Of a DNA stretch of 9,004 nt, positions 7,410-9,004 are shown piece after piece. Below the pieces are notes generated by a model, which saw nothing but the letters and a program-made list of their open reading frames with translations, was not told where the DNA came from and ran no database searches. Location of the stretch: assembly GCA_016840425.1 (NCBI GenBank), contig JAEOSI010000079.1:1-9004 (forward strand), written 5' to 3'. The first letter of the stretch is position 1, and every line of letters begins with the position of its first letter. Source of the stretch: Candidatus Wukongarchaeum yapensis (GTDB lineage Archaea > Asgardarchaeota > Wukongarchaeia > Wukongarchaeales > Wukongarchaeaceae). The position numbers and the translations under genes are program-made.

Positions 7410-8588
7410 TCATTCTACGTGGATGCGGAACTGGTCTATGTCGTATCCTATGAGATCTATGAACCTTCTTGCGGATCTTTCGATGTCGCGAGATTGGGTT
7501 ATTGCGCGGCCGACTACTAGAATGTCTGCACCGTGTTTTAGGGCTTTTGGGGCGCTTTCTAGATCTATGCCTCCAGCAACACCTACTAGGATTTTGTTTT
7601 TGAATTCTGCTTTTATCTGTTTTAGTATGTCCCATCTTCTATCTTTTTGGGTTTCTGCGTCGATGCTTCTGTGGAGAATAACCACGTCTGGTAGTTCTTT
7701 TAAAGAGCTTAAGAGGGCTACGGGGTCTTCTAGGCCTATTGTGTCTATTATCGCGTAAATACCTATCCTATGGGCTTCGTAGATGAATTTTTCCAAGGTT
7801 TCTTTGTCAGCAGGTCCTGCAACGACTACACCATCTGCTGTTTCTTCGAAGGCTATGTCAACTTCCACTTGACCTGTATCGAGAGTTTTAAGGTCTGCGA
7901 CCATAAAAACGTCTTGTTTGATTTTTCTGATCTCGCTGACTGCTTTTACGCCTTCATTCTTCAAAAGTGGGGTTCCAACTTCCAAGATTATGCTGTCACT
8001 TTCAGGGATTTTTTTGACTATTTCAAGGGTTGCGTTTAGGGAGGGATTATCTAAAGCGATTTGGAGGTATGGGGGGCGCCATAATCTGTTATTAACTCTA
8101 AAACCTGTTATGGGATGTTTGGCACGATCTTTATCATACATGATTTTATCTAAGGGCGGATAGTTACTTAAAGCTCTTTTTACTGCAAGTTTTGTTGCTG
8201 CATAATTGTAGTGGAATATTTTACGGTAATCTGAAGCTTCTGGGTGGATGAAAACACTGCAAATGATTACCCACTCATCAAGTTTGTTTTTGGGGATTAT
8301 TTCGTCTTCTACAGCATCAGCAACTGCTTTTGCCACAGCATATTGGGCTGGGCCAAAGATTTTGTCAGCATCTTTCATCGTTTTTATTGTAACTTTCGGA
8401 ACGATCAAGGTGGGAGGTTTTGGGATAAGATTTGGGCGTATTACTGCGAGAAGGGGCGTATGACCTGCGGATAATTGGGTTAAACCATTTGCAAAAGCTA
8501 TGCCTACAGGACCATTTTTTTCCCCTATCAATAAATCGACATGGGCTATTTCTGGAGATTTCCCTAACAAAGCTTCACCAATAAACAA
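7410..8588 (-). CDS. fae-hps: Bifunctional formaldehyde-activating enzyme / 3-hexulose-6-phosphate synthase (Fae-Hps)
   Basis: Fae domain IGEALLG...AHVDLLIG...[19 protein letters not shown]...[14 protein letters not shown]...VFIHP...NYAATKLA; Hps domain [49 protein letters not shown] 8588 (M-F-I-G-E) preferred over TTG 8597 from homolog N-termini and GGTGG spacing. Confidence 0.96.
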   Translation of the reverse strand: MFIGEALLGKSPEIAHVDLLIGEKNGPVGIAFANGLTQLSAGHTPLLAVIRPNLIPKPPTLIVPKVTIKTMKDADKIFGPAQYAVAKAVADAVEDEIIPKNKLDEWVIICSVFIHPEASDYRKIFHYNYAATKLAVKRALSNYPPLDKIMYDKDRAKHPITGFRVNNRLWRPPYLQIALDNPSLNATLEIVKKIPESDSIILEVGTPLLKNEGVKAVSEIRKIKQDVFMVADLKTLDTGQVEVDIAFEETADGVVVAGPADKETLEKFIYEAHRIGIYAIIDTIGLEDPVALLSSLKELPDVVILHRSIDAETQKDRRWDILKQIKAEFKNKILVGVAGGIDLESAPKALKHGADILVVGRAITQSRDIERSARRFIDLIGYDIDQFRIHVE

Positions 8589-8740
8589 GAATAACAACCA
8601 CCAAAATCTAAGGAAAAAATCTTTAGGTAGAAGATATGTTAATTTTCAAGATATACACGGATATTTTTTATTTTTAATGTTTGCATTATAAAATTTCTTT
8701 TTTTTATAAGCCGGAGGAGTATGTGAGTTTTTAAGAGGGA

Positions 8741-9004
8741 TTATGTTAGGGATTTTACTAAAAGATAGGAGACTATTTCGGCTTTTAAAGCCTCTTCAGA
8801 AAATATATTAACTTTTTTATCTCCAAGCAGCAAAGTTGGAGTCTCTGTGATCCCGTATTTTTCTGCAAGTTTTGTCGCTTTTTTCAAATTAATGACTTTT
8901 ATGCCGATTATTTCATTAAGCCCTAACTCTTCTAGGGTGTTTTTTACTTTCATTTTCGTTGAATAGGCATCTTCTTGGTCTATGAAAAGCAGTAAGACTG
9001 TTTT
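8741..9004 (-). CDS. Thioredoxin-fold protein or domain lacking CxxC (5'-truncated by window)
   Basis: Frame is open to the window edge: KTVLLLFIDQEDAYSTKMKVKNTLEEL...LAEKYGITETPTLLLGDKK. AEKYGI-x-x-x-PTLLL matches the thioredoxin cis-Pro region (E. coli TrxA APKYGIRGIPTLLLF). Confidence 0.65.
   Translation of the reverse strand, partial: KTVLLLFIDQEDAYSTKMKVKNTLEELGLNEIIGIKVINLKKATKLAEKYGITETPTLLLGDKKVNIFSEEALKAEIVSYLLVKSLT

Noticed and set aside
1308-8691. Other antisense or alternate-frame ORFs in the track (1308-1562, 2860-3108, 3044-3322, 3529-3729, 5078-5275, 5735-5938, 6164-6349, 6314-6565, 7384-7758, 7399-7635, 7770-8039, 7918-8163, 8244-8474, 8248-8463, 8500-8691)
   Set aside because: All lie wholly or mostly within well-supported genes, have shadow-ORF composition (Ser/Phe/Ile- or Arg-rich) and show no family motifs.

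Overview
AT-rich archaeal chromosomal window, probably from an uncultured TACK- or Asgard-type lineage (inference; cannot be fixed from this window). It is mostly housekeeping and C1/methanopterin genes: the 3' end of a DmrX/AfpA-type Fe-S flavoprotein, a dihydropteroate-synthase-related protein (MJ0107/MptH-like, DUF4346 tail), a nitroreductase, a family-4 uracil-DNA glycosylase, archaeal-type ProRS, bifunctional Fae-Hps, three small ORFs (two membrane, one 8-Cys zinc finger) and the 3' part of a Cys-less thioredoxin-fold ORF. No rRNA, tRNA, CRISPR array or transposase was recognised. Main anomalies: (1) the tld locus (2371-3784) carries two single-base deletions and appears to be a TldD(N)/TldE(C) chimera joined at the shared DDEG motif; (2) an exact 34-bp duplication of the DHPS-like gene's start creates a 14-codon upstream ORF overlapping the real start; (3) genes shift from G/T-rich to A/C-rich third codon positions from 5' to 3'. 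Family assignments come from recalled motifs, not database searches.
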